Of a stretch of DNA of 53,926 nt, positions 16,493 through 26,568 are shown one piece after another. This DNA is from Deltaproteobacteria bacterium (lineage in GTDB: Bacteria; Desulfobacterota; Dissulfuribacteria; Dissulfuribacterales; UBA3076), in contig JAJSZR010000003.1 of NCBI GenBank assembly GCA_030262715.1, forward strand, positions 1 to 53,926, written 5' to 3'. A program made the translations under genes and the position numbers. The notes under the pieces were generated by a model, which saw only the letters and a program-made list of their open reading frames with translations, did no database searches and was not told the DNA's origin. How positions within the stretch are numbered: position 1 is the stretch's first letter; each line of letters begins with the position of its first letter.

Positions 16493-17704
16493 ATGAAAGA
16501 GCCGCGAATTTCCCATATACTGTCATTTTGTATATTTTTCATTTTTCTTATAATTCCATTTTTAGCTAGTGCGGCTGTGCTTAAGCTGGCCTGGGATCCC
16601 AGTACTGAACAAAATTTGGCAGGGTATAAGATATACTACGGCTATGCCAGTGGAGATTATGATACTTCTATAGATGTAGGCAATACCACAACCTTTCAAA
16701 TTACAGACCTGGAGTATGATCAAACCTATTATTTTGCCACAACTGCCTACGATACTTCAGGTTTAGAAAGCGATTATTCTAATGAGATAAGCTGTACAAT
16801 CCCAAAATCAGATTCAGACAGAGATGATTTAACAGAGGAAGACGAGATCAATATCTATGGGACAGACCCCAACAGCCCTGATACCGATAAAGATGCTATC
16901 AATGATGGGGATGAAGTAGCCTTTTGGGGATATAATTGGGATATGGATTATGATAACGATGGTATTATCAATCTTTTAGATCCAGATTCTGACAATGATG
17001 GTTTTTTAGATGGTCTAGAGACCATTTACGGATTTGATCCCTCTGATCCATACTCCAGACCCCCGTCTCAAAGTGATGGCCTATTCGTTTGTGATGCGGA
17101 AGAAGGTGATAATTCCGATTTTGATGGAACCTTCACACAAGGTTTAAATACATTTACTGCGACTGAAAGCGCAAAAAATAATGGTAATTACGGATATGCC
17201 GCAGGCTTTGACGGTTCAAGTGACGAAGTCTATGCGTATAAGGACTTTTCGGATCAAAGCGATGTCTATGCCAGGTTCTACTTCAAGATCACAAATGATT
17301 TTCACCTGGAAGGTGATTGGGTAAAAATACCGGTATTTCAGTTAATGGATGGGGGCACCTCTTTAGTTATTTTCTATTTATTAGAGGCTAATTCAGGAGA
17401 ATATGGATGGAGTGCTGAATTGTGGAATCCTTATGCGCCCATAGCAGGTGAGTGGCGTGGTCTTAGGGCTAATAGATGGTATATGATCGAAATCAGATGG
17501 AAACAAGATCCCTTGGAGGGTGGAGCTGAAATTTGGATAGACGATGTGCCTATGGGCAGCGTTTATACAGAAGATACATCCATGCAAAATGCCAATAGTA
17601 TCCAAGTTGGAAGAGGCTATTCAGGTGACGGCGATCCGGGTGTTCTTGTAACCTCAGGCGCTATATATTTCGATGATGTAAGGGTTGATACTTCACATAA
17701 GTAG
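16493..17704 (+). CDS. secreted protein: signal peptide + FN3-like domain + thrombospondin-type-3-like Ca-binding repeats + C-terminal LamG/concanavalin-like domain
   Basis: The signal peptide is 'ILSFCIFFIFLIIPFLASAA'. 'LAWDPSTEQNLAGYKIYYG...YYFATTAYDTSGLESDYSNE' is FN3-like. The D-rich repeats are 'GTDPNSPDTDKDAINDGDE' and 'DYDNDGIINLLDPDSDNDGFLDGLE'. The tail '...IWIDDVPMG...IYFDDVRVD' is typical of LamG-like beta-sandwiches. Confidence 0.7.
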   Translation: MKEPRISHILSFCIFFIFLIIPFLASAAVLKLAWDPSTEQNLAGYKIYYGYASGDYDTSIDVGNTTTFQITDLEYDQTYYFATTAYDTSGLESDYSNEISCTIPKSDSDRDDLTEEDEINIYGTDPNSPDTDKDAINDGDEVAFWGYNWDMDYDNDGIINLLDPDSDNDGFLDGLETIYGFDPSDPYSRPPSQSDGLFVCDAEEGDNSDFDGTFTQGLNTFTATESAKNNGNYGYAAGFDGSSDEVYAYKDFSDQSDVYARFYFKITNDFHLEGDWVKIPVFQLMDGGTSLVIFYLLEANSGEYGWSAELWNPYAPIAGEWRGLRANRWYMIEIRWKQDPLEGGAEIWIDDVPMGSVYTEDTSMQNANSIQVGRGYSGDGDPGVLVTSGAIYFDDVRVDTSHK

Positions 17705-17769
17705 GTGAATATTCGATACATAAAAATAAATTAATGAATAACTAATTCTCTGAGCTGAGGAATAAAATA

Positions 17770-19461
17770 ATGAATTTTACTAAATTTATGTATAGGACTC
17801 AAGTGCTAATATTGGCAACTTTGGCCATTTTTGTCATGGCCTCGGCAACTTGGGCAAAGACCTATTATGTAGATGCAACAAGGGGCAATGACAAAAAAAG
17901 CGGACAGTCATTATCGGCTGCCTGGAAAACCATAGCAAAGGTTAATGCCTCAAGTTTTAATCCTGGAGACCAGATTTTATTCAAAAGAGGGGAAATATGG
18001 CGGGAAACACTTATTGCGCCATCATGTGGCTCATCTGGCAATCCGATAACGTTTGGTGCTTATGGTAGTAATAATAATAAACCAATAATTTCAGGAGCAG
18101 ATGACCTTACTATAAGCAGCTATAAATGGGCGCCTTCAATTAAAGGCACTAATGAGTATTATCTTAAAAAGTCTTCCGGAGGTAATCCTGGTATAATCAA
18201 ACCTCTTCTGGTCTGGATGGACCAAGACTGTTTAACCAAAGGCAAAGTAGGTTCTCTTTCCGATCATCAGTGGGCTTGGGGAGACATTGATAGGCTTGGA
18301 TATAATACCGTTTATATCCGTGATGATTCCGGAAATCCTGATATTTCGGGAGTGCTAATCGAGGCGGGCAATAGGGACACCATTTTAGAAATTGGCGATA
18401 GATCTTATCTGAATTTTACGGACTTGGAATTGAGGCAATCAGATGCGATGTGGGGAGGAGTGATTCATATCTATGATAGTTATAATATAAGTTTTGAGAA
18501 TTGCATTATACATGATGGGCATTATGCTGTTTTTTATGCGTACCATAGTGATGCAGATCCTCCCAGCGGAATTACGATTGATTCAAGCATCATATACGGA
18601 TGCAGAAGGACTGATAGTCCTTATGGCGCAATTATTAAGTTAGATGGATGTAATAATACTATCATAAAAAATAGTAAGATTTATGAAAGCAACGATGCCA
18701 CTTTGGCAGATGCCATTTTTATATATAACTCAGATAACAATATAATAGAACATAATCACATATATGGTCCAGCAGGAAACCTTTTATACATAAAGGAAAA
18801 TTCTGATTTTAACATTGTCAGGTATAATAAATTCCATGATGGATACATGGGGATTCAAATAAGGGTTGGTTCGAATGATAATAAAGTTTTTTATAATGTA
18901 ATATATAATATGTATGGAGGACCAGCTATACAATCTGATGGCGATGTACCAATTCATGGGACTAAGATTTACAACAACATTATTTATACAACCGGGAACA
19001 ACCATAATGGGATTTCTATTCACAATACAAATACTAACTGCGAGGTCAAAAACAACTTAGTATATGTAGGAGAGTATTCTTTTGCTTTACATATTCATAA
19101 AAATAGCAGAAATGGGGTAATTAGTGATTATAATTTGCTGAGGAATGTATCTGGTGCCCTCATAACGTGGGCAGGTACCCCCTATACAATGTCTCAATTT
19201 TCGGATTATCAAAATACAGCCGGTCAGGATTCACATTCAAAAACTGATGATCCTAAATTTGTAAATTCTGAAAACCATGATTTTAAACTCCGGTCTACTT
19301 CTCCCTGTATCAATACTGGTACGTATATCGATCTTTCTGAGGATTTTGAAGGAACTTCAGTCCCCCAAGGAGGTAAGGTAGATATGGGGTCATTCGAATT
19401 CAAATATGTAGAAGGAATTATACCACCAAAAAATTTGCGAATTATTATGTCTTCATCATAA
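17770..19461 (+). CDS. secreted right-handed parallel beta-helix repeat protein (pectate-lyase fold; possible EPS lyase/epimerase/hydrolase)
   Basis: It has a signal peptide. 'KTYYVDATRGNDKKSGQSLSAAWKTIAKVN' is the typical beta-helix family opening. Repeated 'NN.I..N.I' coils run through aa 250-450. Confidence 0.75.
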   Translation: MNFTKFMYRTQVLILATLAIFVMASATWAKTYYVDATRGNDKKSGQSLSAAWKTIAKVNASSFNPGDQILFKRGEIWRETLIAPSCGSSGNPITFGAYGSNNNKPIISGADDLTISSYKWAPSIKGTNEYYLKKSSGGNPGIIKPLLVWMDQDCLTKGKVGSLSDHQWAWGDIDRLGYNTVYIRDDSGNPDISGVLIEAGNRDTILEIGDRSYLNFTDLELRQSDAMWGGVIHIYDSYNISFENCIIHDGHYAVFYAYHSDADPPSGITIDSSIIYGCRRTDSPYGAIIKLDGCNNTIIKNSKIYESNDATLADAIFIYNSDNNIIEHNHIYGPAGNLLYIKENSDFNIVRYNKFHDGYMGIQIRVGSNDNKVFYNVIYNMYGGPAIQSDGDVPIHGTKIYNNIIYTTGNNHNGISIHNTNTNCEVKNNLVYVGEYSFALHIHKNSRNGVISDYNLLRNVSGALITWAGTPYTMSQFSDYQNTAGQDSHSKTDDPKFVNSENHDFKLRSTSPCINTGTYIDLSEDFEGTSVPQGGKVDMGSFEFKYVEGIIPPKNLRIIMSSS

Positions 19462-19562
19462 CATCAAGAGGGGAAATACCATAGACAGACTTAAGAAATT
19501 ATCACATGGCCCCGCTTTATTGTCCAGAATCTCTGCATGTTGGAGCAATCATTTGGGTATGG

Positions 19563-20639
19563 CTAAATAGATGCTTGGCGTATTCTGTTGAGCAGGGGTT
19601 TTAATTTTCGGGAAGTCATCATCATCTGGTTGCCAGCCTTAACTAAAAAGGAACTAACCAAACTTTCACATGATTCGAAGCAGCCGAGGTGTTTCACATC
19701 GGCTCCGCCAAGCCCCGCCTTAAAGTGATAGACTCCCGGATTTCCGTCGGGATCAATCCCACCCAAATCGTACCAGCGAGCGCCATGCTCCTTCAGCCAC
19801 TGGATCATTCGCCATTGCAACAAATAAGAACCTTTTAGCTTCAGCCCTTTGTCGCTGGTTGCTCCAAGGAGATATATCCCCCTGTTTCCTATCAATGAGC
19901 CAACCAGGGCAGAGACTGGTTCTTCTTCAAACTCACAAATCATGATCCTCATTTTCAGATCATAAGATAGATCTTTTTGAATTTTTCTAAATTCATTGAT
20001 ATCAACTCCAGGGCTAAATCCTTTGCGGGTAAGCATTTCATTGTACAAGACACTGAATTCTTCATATAATTTATCCTCGGTCCCTTCGATCAATTTCAAT
20101 CCGTTCTTTTCGGCACGGTTCAATTGATTTCGCCACTTTTGACGAAGACCTTTGCGCAAAATCTCTAATGAAGGCTTCAGATCTAGCAGGAAACTTCGAT
20201 AAGAGTCTGATCGCCAGCGGAACCCTTCCATTTCAAAAATAGAACGTATTACATTGTCATCTCCCTCAATTTCATTAGAAAGCACTCTGACAAGAAGGCT
20301 ACGATGGAATACATACTCTTCTAATAAAGCCCTGGTCATCTGGCGTAAATTTTCCAGGTTGGTTTTTTTTCCGCATAACCGCCAAAGAGGTCCCCACCTG
20401 ATATGGGCTATTCCTCGCTTTAGAACGGGCAGCCTTACAATCCGTAACTGAGCTGCCCCTACAATAAAGCCATCTTTTTTGAGTATCACATGGCTTAAAT
20501 TATTCTCACCGCAGCGAATCGATGCATAGGACCAGGTTTGATAAATATTTGCATCGTCGAATAACTGTATTATTTCTGACCACTCGGCTTCCCCAACTTG
20601 GTCGATCTCAGCACTATAACCGGAAGCCAGCATTTTCAT
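19563..20639 (-). CDS. FemAB-family / GNAT-fold (aminoacyl)transferase-like protein
   Basis: 358 aa. The N-terminal 'WSEIIQLFDDANIYQTWSYA' and C-terminal 'GARWYDLGGIDP...GVYHFKAGLGG' resemble the FemAB-related proteins found in EPS loci. Confidence 0.6.
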   Translation of the reverse strand: MKMLASGYSAEIDQVGEAEWSEIIQLFDDANIYQTWSYASIRCGENNLSHVILKKDGFIVGAAQLRIVRLPVLKRGIAHIRWGPLWRLCGKKTNLENLRQMTRALLEEYVFHRSLLVRVLSNEIEGDDNVIRSIFEMEGFRWRSDSYRSFLLDLKPSLEILRKGLRQKWRNQLNRAEKNGLKLIEGTEDKLYEEFSVLYNEMLTRKGFSPGVDINEFRKIQKDLSYDLKMRIMICEFEEEPVSALVGSLIGNRGIYLLGATSDKGLKLKGSYLLQWRMIQWLKEHGARWYDLGGIDPDGNPGVYHFKAGLGGADVKHLGCFESCESLVSSFLVKAGNQMMMTSRKLKPLLNRIRQASI

Positions 20640-20696
20640 TTTCGATTTACTTTCTCTTAATAGATATTTTTCCCGCTCTGGCCAGCAACCAGAGCA

Positions 20697-21524
20697 TCAG
20701 CGCGGCAAGAACTTGCTTATCATAAGACGCATTTTACGCTTAAGGGCAAATGCTAGAGGAAGCCAGCAATAGGCACCAAGCAATTTCAGGCGGAATTCCA
20801 AACGCCAGTCCGTTGGTGTCACCATGATTCTACCAGTAACATACTCTTCTGGTTCCGAAAATGCGAGTATGGGTAAAATTGTAAAAACACGCTTGTAGCC
20901 TGCTTGCCGGGACCATTCTATCAATACCCGGTTATATTCTCCGTAAGGAAAACTAAAAAGTTTGGTGCCGCATCCTAATATAGACTCTAATTCCTGTCGG
21001 GATTCAACGAGTTCCCTTCTAGCCTCTTCTTCTCCAAGGAGAGGAAGTCTATGATGCGTTACCGTATGAGAGCCTATGGAAACCAAATCTGATGGAAGTT
21101 TTCGTAATTGATCGACTGTCATAATCTTTTCATGGCAGTCTTGGGATTCCGGATCGATGTCCCATTCAGCATGCCGGCCAAGATAGCCGGTCGGAATGAA
21201 TATTGTTGAAGGAATCTTCCGCTGGATTAGTTCGGGAAGCGCATTTTCAAGTACGCTTTGAAATCCGTCATCAAAAGTGACAACTGCATGATGGACGCCA
21301 CTCTCCAATGGATTCGTGGTGTCAGCCAGTACAGGTTTTGCCCATCGGATTAGGTCATCCATCTGGCGAGCAAATTTGCTGCGTTGCTTTGAAGTGACTG
21401 CATGGTAGTACAAAACAACGCAAGTACCAGGTAATTTCTTTCTCTTTATTCTACAGTTCCAACTCCAAATACGACAGCCTATATAGAAACCCATGCTTAT
21501 AACTAATTTGAGTATGCGAACCAT
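20697..21524 (-). CDS. polysaccharide deacetylase (NodB/CE4 family)
   Basis: NodB motifs are present: 'VTFDDGFQSV' (TFDD) and 'SHTVTHHRL' (H-x-x-x-H). Confidence 0.8.
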   Translation of the reverse strand: MVRILKLVISMGFYIGCRIWSWNCRIKRKKLPGTCVVLYYHAVTSKQRSKFARQMDDLIRWAKPVLADTTNPLESGVHHAVVTFDDGFQSVLENALPELIQRKIPSTIFIPTGYLGRHAEWDIDPESQDCHEKIMTVDQLRKLPSDLVSIGSHTVTHHRLPLLGEEEARRELVESRQELESILGCGTKLFSFPYGEYNRVLIEWSRQAGYKRVFTILPILAFSEPEEYVTGRIMVTPTDWRLEFRLKLLGAYCWLPLAFALKRKMRLMISKFLPR

Positions 21525-21566
21525 ATTACTAAAGCATCTTTAATTCATACAGTTTTTTGGATCACC

Positions 21567-22451
21567 TCATAACTTTTTCGGTATATAAAAAATACTTTTT
21601 AACCTGTACATCTGCTCCTGTCTGAGATAGTTGACGAATTCATCGGAAACTACTCTTTTTTCTCTTTTATAATATGCCCTGATAAACCCACACATCCTAA
21701 GAAGAGCACCTACCACATAGGGTTTTTCCTTAACTCGGCGGAGACACTTAAAAATCTCAAATAGTGGATGACTACCAAAGGAAAAATCCTTCAGTCCTTC
21801 TCGAAAACATTTCCGAAAGACCCCTCCCTCTGGAGTTCCAGTGTGCCTATGATGAAAAATTCTAATTTCTGGGAATGCCTCAACCTGCCATCCGTTTATC
21901 CGTGCTATCACTTCTGCACACCAATCCTCGCCTCCTATTTCTATTGGAAAATAGCCCTCGATGGCTTCATAGCATTCATAGCGAAAGAGTTGAATAGCAC
22001 CAGCGACCGATCTAGTGGAGTTGCTTGAACGGCTTTTAAATTTTTCATTATACCTCTCAAAGATAAATCCGCCTGCTATTCCCAGCCGGGCATTTCGTTG
22101 AAACTTTTCCAGAATACTCTCATAATAATTGCTATTGAATGAAACATCAGCATCCAGATTACCTATGAACTCATAGTCTATGTGTTTTAACTGCTTATAG
22201 CCTGTATTAATAGCATCCACCTTTGATCGGAAATTCCGTCGGCGCTTTTCGCTAATACGCAAAAGCCGGATGAAATCATGTTTTGCAGCATATTTACTTA
22301 CTATCTGCTCAGTGCGATCAATAGAACCGTCACTAACAATAACCCATTTTCTTGGTAATATAGTCTGCGAAATGACAGATTTTATAGTCTCTTCAATATA
22401 GGCCTCTTCGTTTTTAGCCGGCGTTATTAGTACGTAGGATTTTTTAAACAT
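21567..22451 (-). CDS. family 2 glycosyltransferase
   Basis: 'VLITPAKNEEAYIEETIKSVISQT', 'VSDGSIDRT' and 'LDADV' (DxD) are GT2 blocks. Confidence 0.8.
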   Translation of the reverse strand: MFKKSYVLITPAKNEEAYIEETIKSVISQTILPRKWVIVSDGSIDRTEQIVSKYAAKHDFIRLLRISEKRRRNFRSKVDAINTGYKQLKHIDYEFIGNLDADVSFNSNYYESILEKFQRNARLGIAGGFIFERYNEKFKSRSSNSTRSVAGAIQLFRYECYEAIEGYFPIEIGGEDWCAEVIARINGWQVEAFPEIRIFHHRHTGTPEGGVFRKCFREGLKDFSFGSHPLFEIFKCLRRVKEKPYVVGALLRMCGFIRAYYKREKRVVSDEFVNYLRQEQMYRLKSIFYIPKKL

Positions 22452-22468
22452 ATGAAGAATCCCTTAGG

Positions 22469-23773
22469 CTATGTCCAACCCTGATCAACTATTTTTAAAT
22501 AGTGCCTTCGATCAAGCGCTACGAGATAGAAAAAATATAGAAGCATTACGGGGTCAATTTTACTGGCCAGAGTGATCTCCATAAAAGAATTGAGGAGAAT
22601 CATTGACACAATAGAAACTGCTCGAAGTGTGAATTCAGTTGAAAGATCTTTATGTAGTTGATTAAATTGTGTCAGCCACTTAATACTATAAATAACTAAC
22701 GCCAAAAATGTGACGATACCAAATAACCCAAGAGAAAAAAATATTTCGATAAAGCTGTTGTGGAGATGTGAAATATAGAAATCGGGTCCTCCAGATCCCT
22801 CGTTTAGAACCAACCTGCTAATGCCATAACCATGCCCAAAAAATAAAGAGGCAGGTTCATCAAACACCTTTCTAAAGGCATACGACCAAATTTCAGTACG
22901 TTTTGTTAGAGACATAATAGTATCAATATCCTGACCTCTATTAAAAATGTTAAATGCGGTGGTTGCTCCAGGCAGTTCAAGGGATAACGCTAAAATTGCG
23001 AAAACTACAGCAGCTACTACAAAGCACGGAATCGCTACCCATAGATTTAAATTTTCCCTTTGAATCCCCTGTTGGAACCAAAGCCGGATGACACCCCCAA
23101 AAGCGAAGCATACCATCGAGACACGACTCCCAGAAAGAGCTATAATAAATAGGAACAGAAGCCTGGGTAGCCACAAGAAAAAACTATGTTTTAATTCTTC
23201 TTTCTTAAATGATATCCAAAAAGCAAGGGCCGCCAAGAAACCCATTGTGTTTGCATGCGTAATACCCATGCCAAGTCTAAATGGTCCGCTAATATGATGT
23301 ATCTCTTGTATTTCCGGAAACAATAAAGCGGTTGCCGTATCTTTAAGTAGTAATAGACTAATTGTTAAAAGCCAGACATTTTCAATCTGGCTTAATGCCT
23401 TTTGTGTCTTTACTTGTTGGACAAGACCTATCGTCAACAAGCTAGCTCCAGCTAATAGAATCCAATATCCAAAGACGAGCTTAGTATATGGACTGAAGAC
23501 TGCTGACAGTAGAGATGCAACAACGTATAAAAGAAGTGCTTTTGTCCCAAATCCAAGATCAACATGCCTCCGCATCATTAAAATACCTAATATAGCAGCA
23601 ATGAGACACACAGAAATTTGTGCTGTTATCAACCAATCTACTTCAGGTGCACTCTCCCCAGAACGAATCCGGAAGTAAGTTCCGGTAAGAATCAGTATCC
23701 CAACCCAGGTACCAATCGAGAGTTTGCCAAGCAGACCATACCTGACATCACGATTAGATAATACATGATTCAT
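22469..23773 (-). CDS. O-antigen ligase / Wzy-like polymerase family membrane protein
   Basis: It is a polytopic membrane protein of about 10-12 TM helices. It has 'SGSRVSM' and the large-loop arrangement typical of Wzy_C family proteins. It overlaps the flippase gene stop. Confidence 0.65.
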   Translation of the reverse strand: MNHVLSNRDVRYGLLGKLSIGTWVGILILTGTYFRIRSGESAPEVDWLITAQISVCLIAAILGILMMRRHVDLGFGTKALLLYVVASLLSAVFSPYTKLVFGYWILLAGASLLTIGLVQQVKTQKALSQIENVWLLTISLLLLKDTATALLFPEIQEIHHISGPFRLGMGITHANTMGFLAALAFWISFKKEELKHSFFLWLPRLLFLFIIALSGSRVSMVCFAFGGVIRLWFQQGIQRENLNLWVAIPCFVVAAVVFAILALSLELPGATTAFNIFNRGQDIDTIMSLTKRTEIWSYAFRKVFDEPASLFFGHGYGISRLVLNEGSGGPDFYISHLHNSFIEIFFSLGLFGIVTFLALVIYSIKWLTQFNQLHKDLSTEFTLRAVSIVSMILLNSFMEITLASKIDPVMLLYFFYLVALDRRHYLKIVDQGWT

Positions 23774-25272
23774 GGTCTTACAGGCCCCCTAATTCTGTAT
23801 ATAATTTCTCTGATAGCAAACTTCTCAGTCTTGTCAAAAAAACTACTAAAGTAAAGAAAAACTACACTAAAACATGCAATTAAGGGAATTATACTGTAAA
23901 AAATATGTGCATATGTTTCACGTAAAAGGAAAACTAATAATAGGAATAAAACTAATAATATTCCAGAAATAACTAATCGCTTTCCTTCTAAGGGAATTGG
24001 AAAAGTTTTCATTCCTAGTATCAACAAAAGTACGGCCGTACACATAAGTGTTAAATTAAAAACCACAATTACACCGTACCTCCCATAGAGCGGAATCAGC
24101 AGGTAGTTTAATCCTACGCTTAATATGGTAAAGACAGTAACAATACTTCCCGTAACATACGTTTTCTTCTCAATATAGAGAAGAGACTCTCCAATATAGT
24201 ATATTCCTCTGAAGGCTATTCCAGGAAGTATCAGAAAAATGACTAGATAGGCAGAGAAATATTCCGGTGGCGCAATTATGGAAAGTAATTCCCGGGAAAC
24301 GAAAACAATAATAAGAGCCACAAACGCAAAACCAACCATAAGATAGGTCAATAATTTTGCAATAGTTAAGCGGATGCCCGGCGTATTAATATTAGCATAT
24401 ATAAAGGGCTCATAAGCCAATTGGAAGGGTAATATAAAAGCAACGATGGCTATCTGAGCTATCTTATAGCCAAGTGAGTATATTGCAACGTCCTCAAGGC
24501 TACCAAAATAACTCAAAAGGTACATAGCTGATGCATCTGTAATCAGATCACCTGACATTACAAAAACCAGTGGCAGGCTGAACCGAAGTAGTTTTGATAT
24601 CAACTGTATTGAAATTCCAACACCAATCTTTGAAAAGACATTAAGCGAAACAAGCAGCCATAAGCCACCATAGGTAATAATCTGAGCCATTAATGCACCT
24701 TTAACACCCTGATGGAGTATTAGAAGAAACACTAAGTTCATAAGGATTAAGAGCACCGGAGCTGATCCGCTAGCCAGCATGAACTTAAGGCCTTCATTTT
24801 TTGCTCGGTAATAGGCCAAAATATGAATACACAAGCACTGGCTCATAGCTGCACCACAGGTCAAAATAATATATTCGGAGACATGACCAGAATGCAGAAC
24901 AGCTTGGAAAAAAGGTATAAGAAATAAAATTGATACACCGCTTAATATCAAGCCCCCGACTATGTTTATCAAAACAGAACTGCCCAATAAATGTCCCATT
25001 AGATTCTTGGTCTCATACTCTGCAGCGAAACGCATAAATCCAGTTCGGGTTCCTAAGCCCATAAAAACGATCATGACCTGAATTGTCAGTAGCAATGTGA
25101 TCAGCAATCCATAGTCGCTTATAGAAAGAGAATATGTATAAAGTGGGATAAGCAAGAATGAAGCGGCCCTTAACCCGATACTCCCAATTACATAGATTAC
25201 AGCATTCTTTCCGAAAAGCTTGAGATTCATATAACTATACTGATACCGGGATTCTGCTGGATTGAAGCCCAA
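23770..25272 (-). CDS. oligosaccharide flippase (Wzx, MOP superfamily)
   Basis: It is a protein of about 12-14 TM helices with the typical N-terminus 'LKLFGKNAVIYVIGSIGLRAASFLLIPLYT'. The true start is probably the internal Met ('MNLKLFGKN'). Confidence 0.75.
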   Translation of the reverse strand: MGFNPAESRYQYSYMNLKLFGKNAVIYVIGSIGLRAASFLLIPLYTYSLSISDYGLLITLLLTIQVMIVFMGLGTRTGFMRFAAEYETKNLMGHLLGSSVLINIVGGLILSGVSILFLIPFFQAVLHSGHVSEYIILTCGAAMSQCLCIHILAYYRAKNEGLKFMLASGSAPVLLILMNLVFLLILHQGVKGALMAQIITYGGLWLLVSLNVFSKIGVGISIQLISKLLRFSLPLVFVMSGDLITDASAMYLLSYFGSLEDVAIYSLGYKIAQIAIVAFILPFQLAYEPFIYANINTPGIRLTIAKLLTYLMVGFAFVALIIVFVSRELLSIIAPPEYFSAYLVIFLILPGIAFRGIYYIGESLLYIEKKTYVTGSIVTVFTILSVGLNYLLIPLYGRYGVIVVFNLTLMCTAVLLLILGMKTFPIPLEGKRLVISGILLVLFLLLVFLLRETYAHIFYSIIPLIACFSVVFLYFSSFFDKTEKFAIREIIYRIRGPVRP

Positions 25273-25279
25273 ATTTGGC

Positions 25280-26503
25280 TTATTTCGGTGTAAGGTGACA
25301 TCTCCATTTCTTTTTTATCCACCCTAAAGCTTCAAAACGATTAAGCGCCGTTTTGGCAATTTGAGAAGTAACAACTATTAGGGTTCTTATTGCATTAACT
25401 TGCACGCCTTTGAATGTTGGGGCAAATATATACACGCATGACTCTTGCCAGTTCTGACTGCTATATTGCTTCTTGTATTCTGCATCTCCAAAGCCAAAAT
25501 CTATAGCTTCAATATTTTGTTCATTACAAAACTCTTCAATAATTCTCATAAAAAGAAACATTCCGGGATGATAATACCGATAGTCGAAGTCATATCCTGT
25601 AGTATCAGCAAAAAATGTCCTATTATAGGGATATCCGGTCCAAAACGCACAGGGTTTTTCCTCAAGGTATAATACGTAGACACGATACCGCTGGTGCTCT
25701 GCAGCAAGTATCCATTTACGGCGAGTTTCAGGAGAATTAATAAAACCAACACCAAGGCCGCGCTGGTATGTTTTTGCTGCGATTGTCTCAATATCCCTTA
25801 TGGCCTGGTCGATCGCATCTTTTTCTTGAAAACATCTTATGGAAAGATTCTCTCCATAAGTTTTTTTCATTCGTTTAGCATATTTTCGTATGTTACTTCT
25901 AGAGTTTTTGGACCGTTGTCGATAAAATTCATTAAAACTGTCAGGCAAAGACAATCGCCAGTGCGGGTTTTTGAATGAGGAGTGATCACGGCACAAAAAA
26001 CTCGGCATTTTTTTGGCAACCCGGTATATTGATGAATCACACTTCAGGTGGTTTAAGAAAACAACATCAGCTTCCCCCCGGGCCAGGCAATTCATGAGTT
26101 CTTTAACCAGGGCCATACAATTAGGATAGGAGAGGTCACCCAAAATCCCACCATAAGGAATTTCCAAGGAGCGAGCTGGTGTCTTATACACAATTTTATA
26201 CCCTATTCTCCAATCGAGTGGCACCTCTTGAATTCGCCCGATCATCAGAGCTGATGGTTGCCCGTCCTTGCTGAGCAATATCACATGCGGTCTAGCGAAC
26301 CCCTGATGTGAATCGATGAAGTCAAGATAAAAATCTATATCAGCATCCGGGTGCCATTGCATCTTCTCCCAGAAACCGCGAATCACTTCCAATTCATCAA
26401 TTTTACTAATGACTTTGATTGAGGAATCCTCGGAAAGGTATTTTTCACGGTCTTTTTTCATTATTTGCGCATCTTTAAACTCGGCATTATCTATATACAG
26501 CAC
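25280..26503 (-). CDS. GNAT-fold acyltransferase, CelD/BioF2-like (Acetyltransf_6-type)
   Basis: 'FYRQRSKNSRSNIRK' and 'IEAIDFGFGDAEYKKQY' are typical of CelD-like / FemAB-related GNAT proteins. Confidence 0.55.
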   Translation of the reverse strand: MLYIDNAEFKDAQIMKKDREKYLSEDSSIKVISKIDELEVIRGFWEKMQWHPDADIDFYLDFIDSHQGFARPHVILLSKDGQPSALMIGRIQEVPLDWRIGYKIVYKTPARSLEIPYGGILGDLSYPNCMALVKELMNCLARGEADVVFLNHLKCDSSIYRVAKKMPSFLCRDHSSFKNPHWRLSLPDSFNEFYRQRSKNSRSNIRKYAKRMKKTYGENLSIRCFQEKDAIDQAIRDIETIAAKTYQRGLGVGFINSPETRRKWILAAEHQRYRVYVLYLEEKPCAFWTGYPYNRTFFADTTGYDFDYRYYHPGMFLFMRIIEEFCNEQNIEAIDFGFGDAEYKKQYSSQNWQESCVYIFAPTFKGVQVNAIRTLIVVTSQIAKTALNRFEALGWIKKKWRCHLTPK

Positions 26504-26568
26504 ATTGAGTCCGCTTTTTTCCTCACCTTTGACGTCTCATGCTTAGAATATTTAAAGCATTATGAGCG

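Noticed and set aside
16245-16542. Minus-strand ORFs 16245..16463 and 16285..16542
   Set aside because: They overlap the sigma-54 promoter, the GEMM-I aptamer and the start of the plus-strand secreted-protein gene. The RNA element explains the conservation-like structure better.
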